64,000 nucleotides of DNA from Fibrobacterales bacterium (lineage in GTDB: Bacteria > Fibrobacterota > Fibrobacteria > Fibrobacterales > JAOPTW01): assembly GCA_051532035.1 (NCBI GenBank), contig JAOPTW010000037.1:15053-79052 (forward strand). Direction: 5' to 3'. The translations under genes were made by a program, and so were the position numbers. This document shows, piece by piece, positions 10,259 to 20,030 of this stretch. A model generated the notes under the pieces. It was not told where the DNA came from and did not search any database. It saw only the letters and a program-made list of their open reading frames with translations. Each line of letters begins with the position of its first letter. The stretch's first letter is position 1.

Positions 10259-12319
10259 TTAATTCTCAGTGTTTTGTTGTATGGTATGTAACAATTTCTC
10301 TTTACTCAATGGTTTTGTGAGTATGGCACTAAATTCGTTATTGAGAAGTGCTTTTTGGTCGACTGTCATTGCAAGAGCGGTGATAGCAATGATGGGTAGC
10401 TCTGGTTTAAAACTATGAATGCTTTTAGGTACCTCTATGCCATTGGAGTAATGTATAGATATGTCCATAAGTATAAGATCGAAATTATTCTCAATGGTTA
10501 AGGTGATTGCTTCAGTACCATTTGAGGCATATGTTATTGTATGACTTGATTCTAGAGTGGCAGTATGAAAATTGTCATGGTTAGAAAAATCGTCTGCAAC
10601 AATAAGTATTGAAAGGGACTTTTGGGGGGCGGTATCAAGACTTTGATTACTGTCTTTTGACTCTTGAGCAGCTGGGATGGTAAAGAAAAAACAAGAGCCT
10701 TGTCCTGGAGTTGACGTTACCCATATCTCGCCATTAAGCAAAGTAAGTAAGCTCTTTGCTATAGTGAGGCCAAGACCCGCACCTGCTTTGATAGAGTTGT
10801 TTGCTTGATCACTTTTTCTAAAGCGGTCAAAAATATGTTTTTGTTGATCATTTGGTATGCCAATTCCGGTATCTTTAACGTGAAAAAATAAGTCTGAACC
10901 ATGTTTAGAACATCCAAAATCCACTGAGCCCGATTCTGTAAATTTAAAAGCATTGTCAATGAGAATTGTCAAAATTTGTTTAAGTCGCTGTTTGTCAGTG
11001 GTTATAATTTCATTGCCCTGAGGTAACTCACATTGTCGAAAGAGAGCTACTACCTTGGAGCCTATTTGACTCAGTTGATTTTGATATACCGATTCTATGA
11101 CTTCATTAATGTTAACGGAATCGTAATACAGCGTTATTTTATTTGATTCAAGTATTGAAAGGTCTAAAATGTTAGAAATGAGCCGTAATAAATGATTTCC
11201 TCCCTTTTCTATATGGGTTAAATGTGATTGTTTCTTAGTTTCACTTAAATCAGGGGATTTGAGCAAGTTTGAAAAACCAATGATAGCATTAAGCGGTGTT
11301 CTGATTTCATGACTCATATTGGCCAAAAAGGATGTTTTTAATTTTTCACTTTCTTCAGCTTTTTCTTTAGCTTTTTCCATAAGAGATAATGAATGTTTCC
11401 TCTGGTAATCAAAAATCAGCATGATGTATACGGTAACAGCAAGGGTAGCGATAAATAGCTGTAATTCAATAAGTACTGTCTTTATTTCAGGTGAAGAAAA
11501 TGGGCCATGATCGGTAATAGAAGATGCAATAGCGAGTGCTGCAACGAGGAGAATTGCACAGTAGCTTACTCGGGAGTCCAGTTTGAAAACTGACCAGGCC
11601 AATATTGGACATAAAATAAAAAGAGGTAAATGAAACTCTGAGAACAAATTATAAAAGTCAAGTATCACTATTGTGATGATAAAAAGTGACACAAAGAAAA
11701 TGATTGATTTAAAGGGGGCTTTGAATTTATCATTTCTTTTAAACCAAAGATGAAGGAGGAGTGGAGTCAATAGAAGTACACCAACAGAGTCGCCAACCCA
11801 CCAGGTAACAAATGAGAATAGGTAGGTATCCCAAGGAACTAAACCTGCAATCCCCAGCGAAGTAATACCAAGTAATGCACTGATAAAAGGCCCAATTATT
11901 ACAGCATACAGTAAGAAATGAGATAGGTGAGTAAAGTCATTGAATAATGAATGATTTGTTAATGCTCTTTTACATCCTAAATATCCAATGTAAGCACAGA
12001 GCATGTCACCAATACCATTAGAAATACCACAAAATAGTGTTGATATAACGGAAAATAGTGTTGTTGTATCAAAATAAGATGTCGCATTGCCCAGGAATGC
12101 TCCCAAAAATATACCAGGAAGGAGTGTGCCTTTTCGAATGCAAAGGGCGGCAAGTATTATTCCTGACGGAAGCCATATTGCAGTAATGTTACCTGGTGGA
12201 ATAGAAAAAAGTTGACCTAGTTTAGCCGTACCAAAATAGAGCCCTGCAAGGAGCACATTCTGAAAAATGTGAATATAAAGCGGTATGGCCTGATTTGACT
12301 TTTCTGGCATATCATACAT
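10259..12319 (-). CDS. MASE1-domain hybrid sensor histidine kinase (MASE1-HisKA-HATPase-REC)
   Basis: IWLPSGI and WWVGDSVGVLLLTP (MASE1); FLANMSHEIRTPLN H-box; DTGIGI and GAGLGL; C-terminal receiver (LMDI, TKP). Confidence 0.9.
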   Translation of the reverse strand: MYDMPEKSNQAIPLYIHIFQNVLLAGLYFGTAKLGQLFSIPPGNITAIWLPSGIILAALCIRKGTLLPGIFLGAFLGNATSYFDTTTLFSVISTLFCGISNGIGDMLCAYIGYLGCKRALTNHSLFNDFTHLSHFLLYAVIIGPFISALLGITSLGIAGLVPWDTYLFSFVTWWVGDSVGVLLLTPLLLHLWFKRNDKFKAPFKSIIFFVSLFIITIVILDFYNLFSEFHLPLFILCPILAWSVFKLDSRVSYCAILLVAALAIASSITDHGPFSSPEIKTVLIELQLFIATLAVTVYIMLIFDYQRKHSLSLMEKAKEKAEESEKLKTSFLANMSHEIRTPLNAIIGFSNLLKSPDLSETKKQSHLTHIEKGGNHLLRLISNILDLSILESNKITLYYDSVNINEVIESVYQNQLSQIGSKVVALFRQCELPQGNEIITTDKQRLKQILTILIDNAFKFTESGSVDFGCSKHGSDLFFHVKDTGIGIPNDQQKHIFDRFRKSDQANNSIKAGAGLGLTIAKSLLTLLNGEIWVTSTPGQGSCFFFTIPAAQESKDSNQSLDTAPQKSLSILIVADDFSNHDNFHTATLESSHTITYASNGTEAITLTIENNFDLILMDISIHYSNGIEVPKSIHSFKPELPIIAITALAMTVDQKALLNNEFSAILTKPLSKEKLLHTIQQNTEN

Positions 12320-12590
12320 AAGTAAAATCTTACATCCACTGTATTAAATATCCATCAGTAAAGCAACAATAATATGATTCATTCTTGATTGCTCTTGGGG
12401 AGATACACTACAAAGATGAAATGGTTACAATGGAATTATAATGTCGAGGTTTGTAAATAACCCGATTCCTTCAATATTTTGACTGAGTGCGGGTGTAATG
12501 GCTGTGGGGTAGTATAATTCTCCCTCAACTTGTTGGCTGTATAAATAACGCACTACAACGAGTTAAAGGAGTGAGATATAGCAGGCAAAA

Positions 12591-13673
12591 TTATTTCTTC
12601 TTATACACCCGAACATAATCGACTAAAAATTGCATCGGAAATGCTGCAGCATCAGGGGCGCCACCCCAGCCACCAATGGCGAGATTAAGTAAAATAAACT
12701 GGGGTCCTGTATAGGGCCATGCTGAAGCATTGTATTGGTCACCCCCTTGAGGGCGGGCGGTAAAATAATGTTCATGGTCAAAATAAAATTCTATTCTGTC
12801 CGCATACCACTGTACCGAGTATATGTGGAAATCACTCTCTACAGTTGATTCTTCGATTGTTCCTTGTTGTGCAGTTGCACCACTATAGTTTGGTGCATGT
12901 ACGGTTCCATGAATGACTCCTGGGTGAGTGCCAACGTATTCCATAATATCGATTTCACCACACCCTGGCCAACCAGCTCCGCTAAAAATATTTGTTCCCA
13001 GCATCCAAATAGCAGGCCATGATCCACTTCCTGATGGGATTTTTGCTCGTACATCAACTCGGCCATAGGTGAATTCAAAATGGCCATGAGATTTTATACG
13101 GGCTGAGGTGTATTGATATGATTGCCACCAATCTTCGCGACCTACAATGTTAAGAAACCCATCATCTTGATAGGAGTTTTTTTCTCGCGTAGTGTATTTC
13201 TGAAGCTCATTATTGTTTGCCCCAGGTTCCATTGTTTCATAGCTCCATTTATTAGGATCAACAGCACCCGTTCCATTAAATTCATCATTCCATTTTAGTT
13301 TCCAGCCTTTAATAGTAGGGTCTGAGTGGTCTTGTGATGAAGACATAGGGCTTGATGATGAGTATGGTTCTGAACTTGAGTACTCACTTGAATTAATGAG
13401 TGTAGACGAACTTGATTGAGGCAGTTCAAGGCTACTTGATTGACTGTTAAGAACAGAAGATAGGGATTGGGAGTGCTGTGATGAAGATGCTGCTTTGGAA
13501 TACGGAGGGAATTCTGAAAGGGCAGATGTGAGACTCGAAAGCGTTTGTGAGTTACTTGATGCTCGTGATGATTGCTCAGAAGAGTTGTCTGACTGTATTG
13601 ATGCATTGGTAGTTACAGAATTACAGTTACTGAAGAGAGCAATGAGTATAAAGAGTGCCGTATATTTTTTCAT
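12591..13673 (-). CDS. GH16 glycoside hydrolase (laminarinase/beta-1,3-glucanase-like) lipoprotein with Ser-rich linker
   Basis: W.DEF, YTSARI, WPAIWML, catalytic GEIDIME, LLNLAIGG, VDYVRVY; lipobox LFSN-C. Confidence 0.9.
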   Translation of the reverse strand: MKKYTALFILIALFSNCNSVTTNASIQSDNSSEQSSRASSNSQTLSSLTSALSEFPPYSKAASSSQHSQSLSSVLNSQSSSLELPQSSSSTLINSSEYSSSEPYSSSSPMSSSQDHSDPTIKGWKLKWNDEFNGTGAVDPNKWSYETMEPGANNNELQKYTTREKNSYQDDGFLNIVGREDWWQSYQYTSARIKSHGHFEFTYGRVDVRAKIPSGSGSWPAIWMLGTNIFSGAGWPGCGEIDIMEYVGTHPGVIHGTVHAPNYSGATAQQGTIEESTVESDFHIYSVQWYADRIEFYFDHEHYFTARPQGGDQYNASAWPYTGPQFILLNLAIGGWGGAPDAAAFPMQFLVDYVRVYKKK

Positions 13674-13839
13674 TAGAGGCTAGACGGTTGGTGGTATGAC
13701 TATAACATATATTCTTAAAGCGTTCGCAAGGGGTTCGCATTTGTAAAAAGAAGTTTGGGTAATAGAACGATTAAAGGGTTATTGCCTGTTGAGCATGTAC
13801 CCGTTGACCATGTTTAATGTAATACTCTCTGCTGCTTTA

Positions 13840-13880
13840 AAAACTACCGTAGTAGGACCCAGGGTCGCTACGGTAGTTTT
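13840..13880 (-). terminator. Intrinsic terminator of the spondin gene
   Basis: AAAACTACCGTAG...CTACGGTAGTTTT inverted repeat just beyond the stop at 13898. Confidence 0.75.
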
Positions 13881-13897
13881 ATACATAAAGATGTACT

Positions 13898-15847
13898 CTA
13901 AAATTCTGGAACGGGAGTGACTATAATCATGATTGCTTCATTGGTGACGGGATACATAAATGCATCTGATACAGGCATTACCATTCCATTTTCAATAGTG
14001 CCAGTATTTGGGGCTGCTTGGCGTGGTGCTTGATTAGAACCGACACCTGGCATTTCATTGACCTCAGTACCTGCGTCCCATAGCATAATAGAACTCGTTA
14101 CGTCTCCACTGATAGGCATGCCTTCAGCATTCCATAGTGGAAGTCCATTCTCTGGTGTTCCATAAAACAGATCATTACTGTGTACAAACATTGTTGCTAA
14201 GTAGAGCATGTCACCTTTTGTTGCATCAACAGTAACAGTATACATGCCACCAGTAGGGAGGGGAGCATCGCCAAATGTAGATACAGCAATTCCCTTGCTC
14301 ATAAGGCTTGTGTGTAATGGGGTAGGGTTACCATCTTCTGCGAGGGCTTCAAGGCCAATCCCCATGTCTTTCATTGTGTTCGAAAATAATACCATATTCA
14401 TTGCAGATACTGCAGCTACACCTGGCGCAAAAACCGTTGGCGCAATAGAGTTCATTTTCAAATAGTCAGCTAAAGGCGCAGGGTTGCCATCTTCAGCTAA
14501 TGCTTCGAGACCTTTCCCCATGTCCATTACCCCATTTCCATAGAGAGGTGTACCAGACGTATGGAGTGCCCAAACTGCTGGTGCAAGCGGTGTATTTGAG
14601 GTTGCTTTCACAGTGATTGTGAACTCAAAAGTTCCTGCAGTTGTACTGGTAACTGATATCATAATATTAGCAGCTGGTTTTGTGTGATCCATTGTTGTTA
14701 ATGCTGTTACTAAAGCGGTTGGATTACCATCCTCTGCAAGAGACTCAAGGCCCATGCCAAAATCCATTACACCGGTGTTGTACAAAGGGGCGGGGGCATG
14801 ATGGATAGCGTAGGCACCAGGAGCAAGCGGTGTTGTAGATTCTGCTTTTACTTGTATTGTTACCGTAAACATATTATCAGCCAGTGCGTCGATTGTGACA
14901 TCGATGTTTTGTCCTACTGTTGTTGAATGCCCTTCAGCCATGCGTACCAATGTGTCCATATCTGGGTCACCCATATTAGGTCCAGATTGTCGTGGCGCTT
15001 GGTAGGAACCAGTTCCAATCTCTTGATCCATTTCAGTTCCCGCATCCCACAGCATTATTTGGTCTGTAATGTTTCCACTGATAGCCATACCATCCATGCC
15101 ATAGAGTTCAATTCCCTCTGGTTTGGTTCCATAAAACCAATCGTTTGATTGTACAAACATCGTCGCTAATGATAATTTTTGTCCTTTCATCGCTTTAAAT
15201 GAAAAAGAGTAAGAGCCTCCAGGGCCAGCAGGTGCTTCACCAAATGCTGCCGCTGTTACGGGTGCCACTGGTCGAACCATTGCGACCGGGTCCATCATTC
15301 CGCTATTAGGGCCTGTTTGTCGAGGTGCCTGATAGCTCCCAGCTCCTATAGGTTCATCCATTTCAGTGCCTGCATCCCACAGCATAATTTTGTCAGTAAT
15401 ATCTCCCGAAATGGCAGTGCCATCTTCATTATAGAGTGAGAGGCCTTCTGGAGCAAAGCCATAAAACCAATCATTTGATTGCACAAACATAGTTGCTAAA
15501 GAAATTTTAGAATCCATTTGAGCATCAGAGACGGTGAACTTCCATTCACTATCTGGTACAAGAGGAGCGTCTCCTACCATGCCGTATCCTTGTAATGGAG
15601 AGGGTGTTGAAATGTTTTTTATAGTGATATCAAATTTTTGAGTTGCCATAGGGACAGATGACATTGAAGTTTCATCAATGTCGTCAGAGCTCATCTGGGC
15701 ATTCATGTCATTACTGCTCATGTGCATGCTTGAACTGCTCATAATTGGTTTGGGTGATGGATCATCTGAGTCTGAGTTATTAAAAATATCACAGCCGGTG
15801 AATAGTAGACCGCTGCATGCGAGAGTAATAAGTAAGTTTTTGTTCAT
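13898..15847 (-). CDS. Met-rich lipoprotein with three spondin_N-type domains
   Basis: Lipobox LFTG-C; three copies each of LATMFVxSND, LWDAGTE, QAPRQ and GLExLAEDGNP. Confidence 0.85.
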   Translation of the reverse strand: MNKNLLITLACSGLLFTGCDIFNNSDSDDPSPKPIMSSSSMHMSSNDMNAQMSSDDIDETSMSSVPMATQKFDITIKNISTPSPLQGYGMVGDAPLVPDSEWKFTVSDAQMDSKISLATMFVQSNDWFYGFAPEGLSLYNEDGTAISGDITDKIMLWDAGTEMDEPIGAGSYQAPRQTGPNSGMMDPVAMVRPVAPVTAAAFGEAPAGPGGSYSFSFKAMKGQKLSLATMFVQSNDWFYGTKPEGIELYGMDGMAISGNITDQIMLWDAGTEMDQEIGTGSYQAPRQSGPNMGDPDMDTLVRMAEGHSTTVGQNIDVTIDALADNMFTVTIQVKAESTTPLAPGAYAIHHAPAPLYNTGVMDFGMGLESLAEDGNPTALVTALTTMDHTKPAANIMISVTSTTAGTFEFTITVKATSNTPLAPAVWALHTSGTPLYGNGVMDMGKGLEALAEDGNPAPLADYLKMNSIAPTVFAPGVAAVSAMNMVLFSNTMKDMGIGLEALAEDGNPTPLHTSLMSKGIAVSTFGDAPLPTGGMYTVTVDATKGDMLYLATMFVHSNDLFYGTPENGLPLWNAEGMPISGDVTSSIMLWDAGTEVNEMPGVGSNQAPRQAAPNTGTIENGMVMPVSDAFMYPVTNEAIMIIVTPVPEF

Positions 15848-16128
15848 TGTATCCTCTTTTTGTATCCTGTAGGTTGGTTGTTATGAAAATATATCCTCAC
15901 TAAGCCTAAAAAACAAGTAAAAGTGTATCCTTGATCGTTGTTTTTTAGAATACATACAAGTTTGAAATGAAATATGATGTAATTTGTTGGAAATGGGGGA
16001 CCATTGAACAATACTAATGGCCAAGTTTATAAAAAATGCACGATACCATGTTTGTTAGAGTACAGATAGTGCTTTATACGCTATATTTAAGCTATATTGT
16101 TGTAGGTGATTGCCATAAGAAGGATACA

Positions 16129-16968
16129 GTGAGACTAGATGACCTTTATAAGTATATTGATTACCGGGAATATTTAAAAGAATATTACCGAGTGAACAAA
16201 GAGTCTCGGTTTGGCTTTTCTTATAGAGCATTTTCAAAGAAAGCCGGCTTCTCATCACCCAGTTTTATTCGACTCGTCATTGAAGGCGAAAAAAACTTAA
16301 CTAAAAATAGTGCACTGAAGCTATCGCTCGCAATGGACCTCAATACAGAAGAATGCGAATTTTTTGAAGACCTTGTATTTTTTGGTCAGGCCAAAATGTT
16401 TGACGAAAAACAACACTATTTAACGCGCATTGATTTACGGCGCGACAAAAATGACCCCTCAGTTCTTAAGCCAGCACAGTTTGATTATCTTAAAGATTGG
16501 TATAACCCATTACTTCTTGAAATGGTAAGTGTTAATGGCTTCGAAGAAGATCCAGAAAGAATTTCATCAATGATTCCATTTGAGGTTACCCCCAAACAAG
16601 TGAAGTCGGCTCTCGAATTTTTGGTACAAAATAATTTCTTAGAGAGGGATGGACGGGGGAAATTAGTCAAAGTTGATAAAACATTAGCTACCGGACCACT
16701 TGATGAGCAAGAAGTACTGCAGATATTAGCTCGGTCATTTCATAAAAAAATGACCGAATTAGCAGTTGAAGCGGTTACCCGTTTTTCTAAAGAACAAAGA
16801 AACACGACAAACACTACGCTCAGCTTCTCACAAAAAAGCTATCAACTCGCCACCGAAAGAATTAAAGCAATGCGGTATGAGCTATTAGAACTCGCGGCAT
16901 CGGATGATGATATTGATACCGTATACCAACTGAATGTTAATCTGTTTCCGTTGATGGAGAAAAAATAG
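16129..16968 (+). CDS. TIGR02147-family protein (DUF4423; N-terminal HTH-like region)
   Basis: Y.DYREYL, FSYRAFSKKAGFSSP, W Y.P...E, C-terminal VYQLNVNLFP; likely GTG start at 16129 after AAGAAGGA. Confidence 0.85.
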   Translation: MRLDDLYKYIDYREYLKEYYRVNKESRFGFSYRAFSKKAGFSSPSFIRLVIEGEKNLTKNSALKLSLAMDLNTEECEFFEDLVFFGQAKMFDEKQHYLTRIDLRRDKNDPSVLKPAQFDYLKDWYNPLLLEMVSVNGFEEDPERISSMIPFEVTPKQVKSALEFLVQNNFLERDGRGKLVKVDKTLATGPLDEQEVLQILARSFHKKMTELAVEAVTRFSKEQRNTTNTTLSFSQKSYQLATERIKAMRYELLELAASDDDIDTVYQLNVNLFPLMEKK

Positions 16969-16970
16969 TC

Positions 16971-17591
16971 ATGAGAAGTATTCAATTGTTGTTGGTGAGT
17001 GTCTTGGTATGTATGAGTTGTTCCGATACCACTGTTGCAGGTGGAGGTACAGATGTCGACAACGCTATTGTATTGGGCAAGGTAATGGCGGACAGCCTTG
17101 GCGTTGCACAAGCCCAAGTGTATATTATGACGGATGATTATAATCCTATGACGGGCAACCAAAATATTCCTGCCCAAGCAACAGAAACTGATGCTCAGGG
17201 TAATTTTGAAATTGGAAATCTATTGCCGGGCACCTATTCTATGGAAGTACATCATCCCGATGGAAGCCAAATGGATTGGTCACATAGTTTTGAATTAAAA
17301 TCAACTGACTCCCTAGATATTACAATGGAAGTAAAAAAGAAACACTGGATTATTCTCCCTATTCCTGATTCATTAAAAATGATTGATTTTTATCTGTATG
17401 TAGCGGGGAGCAATATGTTGGTTGAGCATAACGCTGCAACATATACGAAAGACCATATCGTTCTTGAGAATATCCCCGAAAAAGAGATTCCCTTTATATT
17501 AAAAGGGTTGTTATTCGATGCATCGGTTGCTCCAGTCGTTTTTCATGGTGCGATACCTGCTTTCGATCAGGATACTCTTGATTTGAGGTAG
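16971..17591 (+). CDS. Lipoprotein with carboxypeptidase-regulatory-like (Cna-B-like) domain
   Basis: Lipobox CMS-C, AGGGTDVDN, TDAQGNF...L.PGTY; starts 2 nt after the TIGR02147-like gene. Confidence 0.75.
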   Translation: MRSIQLLLVSVLVCMSCSDTTVAGGGTDVDNAIVLGKVMADSLGVAQAQVYIMTDDYNPMTGNQNIPAQATETDAQGNFEIGNLLPGTYSMEVHHPDGSQMDWSHSFELKSTDSLDITMEVKKKHWIILPIPDSLKMIDFYLYVAGSNMLVEHNAATYTKDHIVLENIPEKEIPFILKGLLFDASVAPVVFHGAIPAFDQDTLDLR

Positions 17592-17646
17592 AATACCCAA
17601 TGTTCAGAAGGTGTAAGACCTTCCACTCATCTCGCTACTAGACATC

Positions 17647-17859
17647 ATGCCAATGCATGTTAACTCTCGAGGCTTCACTACAAAAGTCAAGGGTATGTAT
17701 CAATACTTGATGAATCCTACGGCTAGTTCTGACGGTACGGTTGATTTGAGTCATGTTACTATCGTAAGTTATTCTAATATACATCCTACCTGGGACACCA
17801 TCGCAGAGGTTGACCGTGCCTTTTTTAGGGGTATGGGATATACAGTTGTTGTGCCGTAA
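17647..17859 (+). CDS. Small hypothetical ORF, possibly a 3' gene remnant
   Basis: 70-aa ORF with protein-like composition filling the intergenic gap; no clear RBS. Confidence 0.3.
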   Translation: MPMHVNSRGFTTKVKGMYQYLMNPTASSDGTVDLSHVTIVSYSNIHPTWDTIAEVDRAFFRGMGYTVVVP

Positions 17860-17900
17860 TGAGTGATCATGAGGTAACGATTCATGATTCAATGCGCATA

Positions 17901-18905
17901 TTACATAATTAAATAGTTGAACTGAAGTCTCAGTGGTTTATTGAAATAGATCATCTCTGCATCAATGTCTTCTATGATAGTACCTTTTTCAACCGATTCA
18001 CCGCTGCTTGATTCTGTCCTGTACCACTCTTGAGTCATAGAGCCTTTAGTATAGTGGTACTGCGGATACATTCCAATATCCATAGACATGTTTTCAGATA
18101 ATGCAATCCGCATTGCCAACAGAGAGCCAATGGATATACCAAAACCCTGTGAGTTACTTACTTTTCCACGGAGTGGATGGTTGTCGTGATCGAATGAATA
18201 GGCAGGTCCGCCATTTAATCCGACACGGAGCTCGACTATCCCGAATTTTTTAAGAGGGAACTCTGCGCCAATAAGTATTGATTGATGGAGTGCCCAATAG
18301 GTTAATACTGTCGTATTACTTGTAATGGGGGGAGATTGTGACAGCAGATCTTCCTGAGTTATGTCTACTCTCATTCCATATAGATTTTGCCATCCAGCTT
18401 GTAATCCTTTGGCTTCAAAATTGAAATAGTCTACTTGATAGTTTATGTAAATGTCCACGGGTTTATTAATAACTGTTGTTTGCCCCCCGTAGCCGGTAGT
18501 AGCTCCAAAATGATAGCCCTCTGAAGTAGATTCAGTATTACTGAATTTTACTTTCGCCTCCATATTATCTGATTCGACTCCATACCAATCTTCATCAATC
18601 ATTGGTGATTGAGGTTGTATAATATTTACCCAAATGCCTCCTTTGATATGGTGTGAATTGTTGAGAAATACTTTTCCCGATAAGCCAATTCTGAGATAGT
18701 CTGTAGGGTACGTTAACTCGCTCGCAACAAATGTTTTGTTAATTTCAGGGTTGTCTATGAACAAAGAGTCTGTTCCAATATCGGATTTTAGATTAAAAAG
18801 GGTGTTACTGTTAAAGAGCCCTTTGTCGATATAGGGGGAGAGTTCAAATTTTTGGGAAAATAGAACAGTGGTAAATAGAAAAAGCAATGGCAAAATATAT
18901 TTCAT
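17901..18905 (-). CDS. Omptin-family outer-membrane protease-like beta-barrel
   Basis: Signal peptide; S.L.YP; DEDW and DHDNHPLR resemble the OmpT/Pla catalytic DxDW and DxDxH motifs. Confidence 0.7.
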   Translation of the reverse strand: MKYILPLLFLFTTVLFSQKFELSPYIDKGLFNSNTLFNLKSDIGTDSLFIDNPEINKTFVASELTYPTDYLRIGLSGKVFLNNSHHIKGGIWVNIIQPQSPMIDEDWYGVESDNMEAKVKFSNTESTSEGYHFGATTGYGGQTTVINKPVDIYINYQVDYFNFEAKGLQAGWQNLYGMRVDITQEDLLSQSPPITSNTTVLTYWALHQSILIGAEFPLKKFGIVELRVGLNGGPAYSFDHDNHPLRGKVSNSQGFGISIGSLLAMRIALSENMSMDIGMYPQYHYTKGSMTQEWYRTESSSGESVEKGTIIEDIDAEMIYFNKPLRLQFNYLIM

Positions 18906-19032
18906 AAAAGTACTGGTAAATAAAACGGATAATCTAGAAAATTAAGGGTTAAATAGGCTGGGAGGGCGTTTATATATATTTAGGTAGGTGGTTTTTAATT
19001 ATATTGTTCCTTTTTTAATAATTGGAATAGTA

Positions 19033-19650
19033 ATGAAACTTTTTAATGCAATCTTAATAATCTCACTGGTATCTATACCTCTGTTTTCTAATGAAAAGTA
19101 TAAGAACCCAGAAGAGAGTTCTTCATATACCCAAGCGTCAGATCCTAGTGTGGACAATGAACCATTTACCAGAGACATTTCTGTAACCATTTCACCATTG
19201 CATCTTTTATTTCCAGTATATGAATTTACAGCTGAGTTTAAGGCTACTCCCAAAGTAGGGGTCGGTGCAATGCTTGGGTTTGGAAGTATGGAACTTGAGA
19301 ATAATTATAATGAAACGAAAAAGATTCCTGTCTTTGAATTGGCTGGTCAGTTGAATTATTATTTATTTGGAAATTTCGACCACGGGATGCAGGTTGGGGC
19401 GGAACTATTGTACCTCCACGTTTCAATACCAGAAGATGAAGGGGTGTCAGGTACCGGAAGTGGTATTGGTATCGGTCCTTATGTAGGGTATAAAGTGATT
19501 TCTAATGCGGGCTTTACCTTTAATATCCAATTAGGATATCAACAACTATTTGCACAGGCTGTAGCGAAAGATCGTTATGGTAATGAAATAGAAGGGTCTA
19601 CCGATACAGGTATTCCGCTATTAAATATTAATCTTGGATGGTCATTTTAG
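19033..19650 (+). CDS. Small outer-membrane beta-barrel protein (DUF3575-like)
   Basis: Signal peptide from ATG 19033; amphipathic strands; terminal INLGWSF beta-signal. Confidence 0.7.
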   Translation: MKLFNAILIISLVSIPLFSNEKYKNPEESSSYTQASDPSVDNEPFTRDISVTISPLHLLFPVYEFTAEFKATPKVGVGAMLGFGSMELENNYNETKKIPVFELAGQLNYYLFGNFDHGMQVGAELLYLHVSIPEDEGVSGTGSGIGIGPYVGYKVISNAGFTFNIQLGYQQLFAQAVAKDRYGNEIEGSTDTGIPLLNINLGWSF

Positions 19651-19705
19651 TCAGCCTTTAAGTTGAAACCGAAGCCGACACACCACATTTTAAATCAGTA
19701 ATTAT

Positions 19706-19742
19706 AAAAAAGCCCTTAACCACCTTGGTTAAGGACTTTTTT
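19706..19742 (+). terminator. Intrinsic terminator
   Basis: AAAAAAGCCCTTAACCA-CCT-TGGTTAAGGACTTTTTT, 55 nt after the stop at 19650. Confidence 0.75.
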
Positions 19743-19946
19743 ACTCGAAGGCTTTGATAGGGTGAGGCAAAATATTGGGGATGAAGATTTGCTCTGCAAA
19801 AATTCGCCGAAGGCAATTGTTCTACTCATCAATGTCCTTGATCTGTAGCTTACAAATGGTAAGCGTATAAATGTGTGTGTTGGATTAAAAAGCATTGCTA
19901 TGGTTTTGACATCTGCTCATTTGAGAGAAGATCAGAGCCTATCATA

Positions 19947-19974
19947 ATCTCGACCTCAGAGTGCTCTATACCCA
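19947..19974 (+). repeat. 28-bp direct repeat, left copy (right copy 32432-32459)
   Basis: ATCTCGACCTCAGAGTGCTCTATACCCA versus ATCTCGACCTCAGAGTGCTCGATACCCA, 27/28 identical. Confidence 0.9.
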
Positions 19975-20000
19975 GAAGATTCGTCTTCTTATTTAATCCT

Positions 20001-20030
20001 AGTGTAATAGAGTGTAATATACTGTAATTA
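20001..20030 (+). promoter_or_regulatory. Three tandem 10-bp direct repeats, candidate regulator boxes
   Basis: AGTGTAATAG-AGTGTAATAT-ACTGTAATTA about 300 nt upstream of the HMGR operon. Confidence 0.4.

Noticed and set aside
19750-19850. Possible structured RNA or REP-like element (TTCGCCGAAGGCAA)
   Set aside because: Single copy in the window and no recognisable riboswitch or ncRNA consensus.
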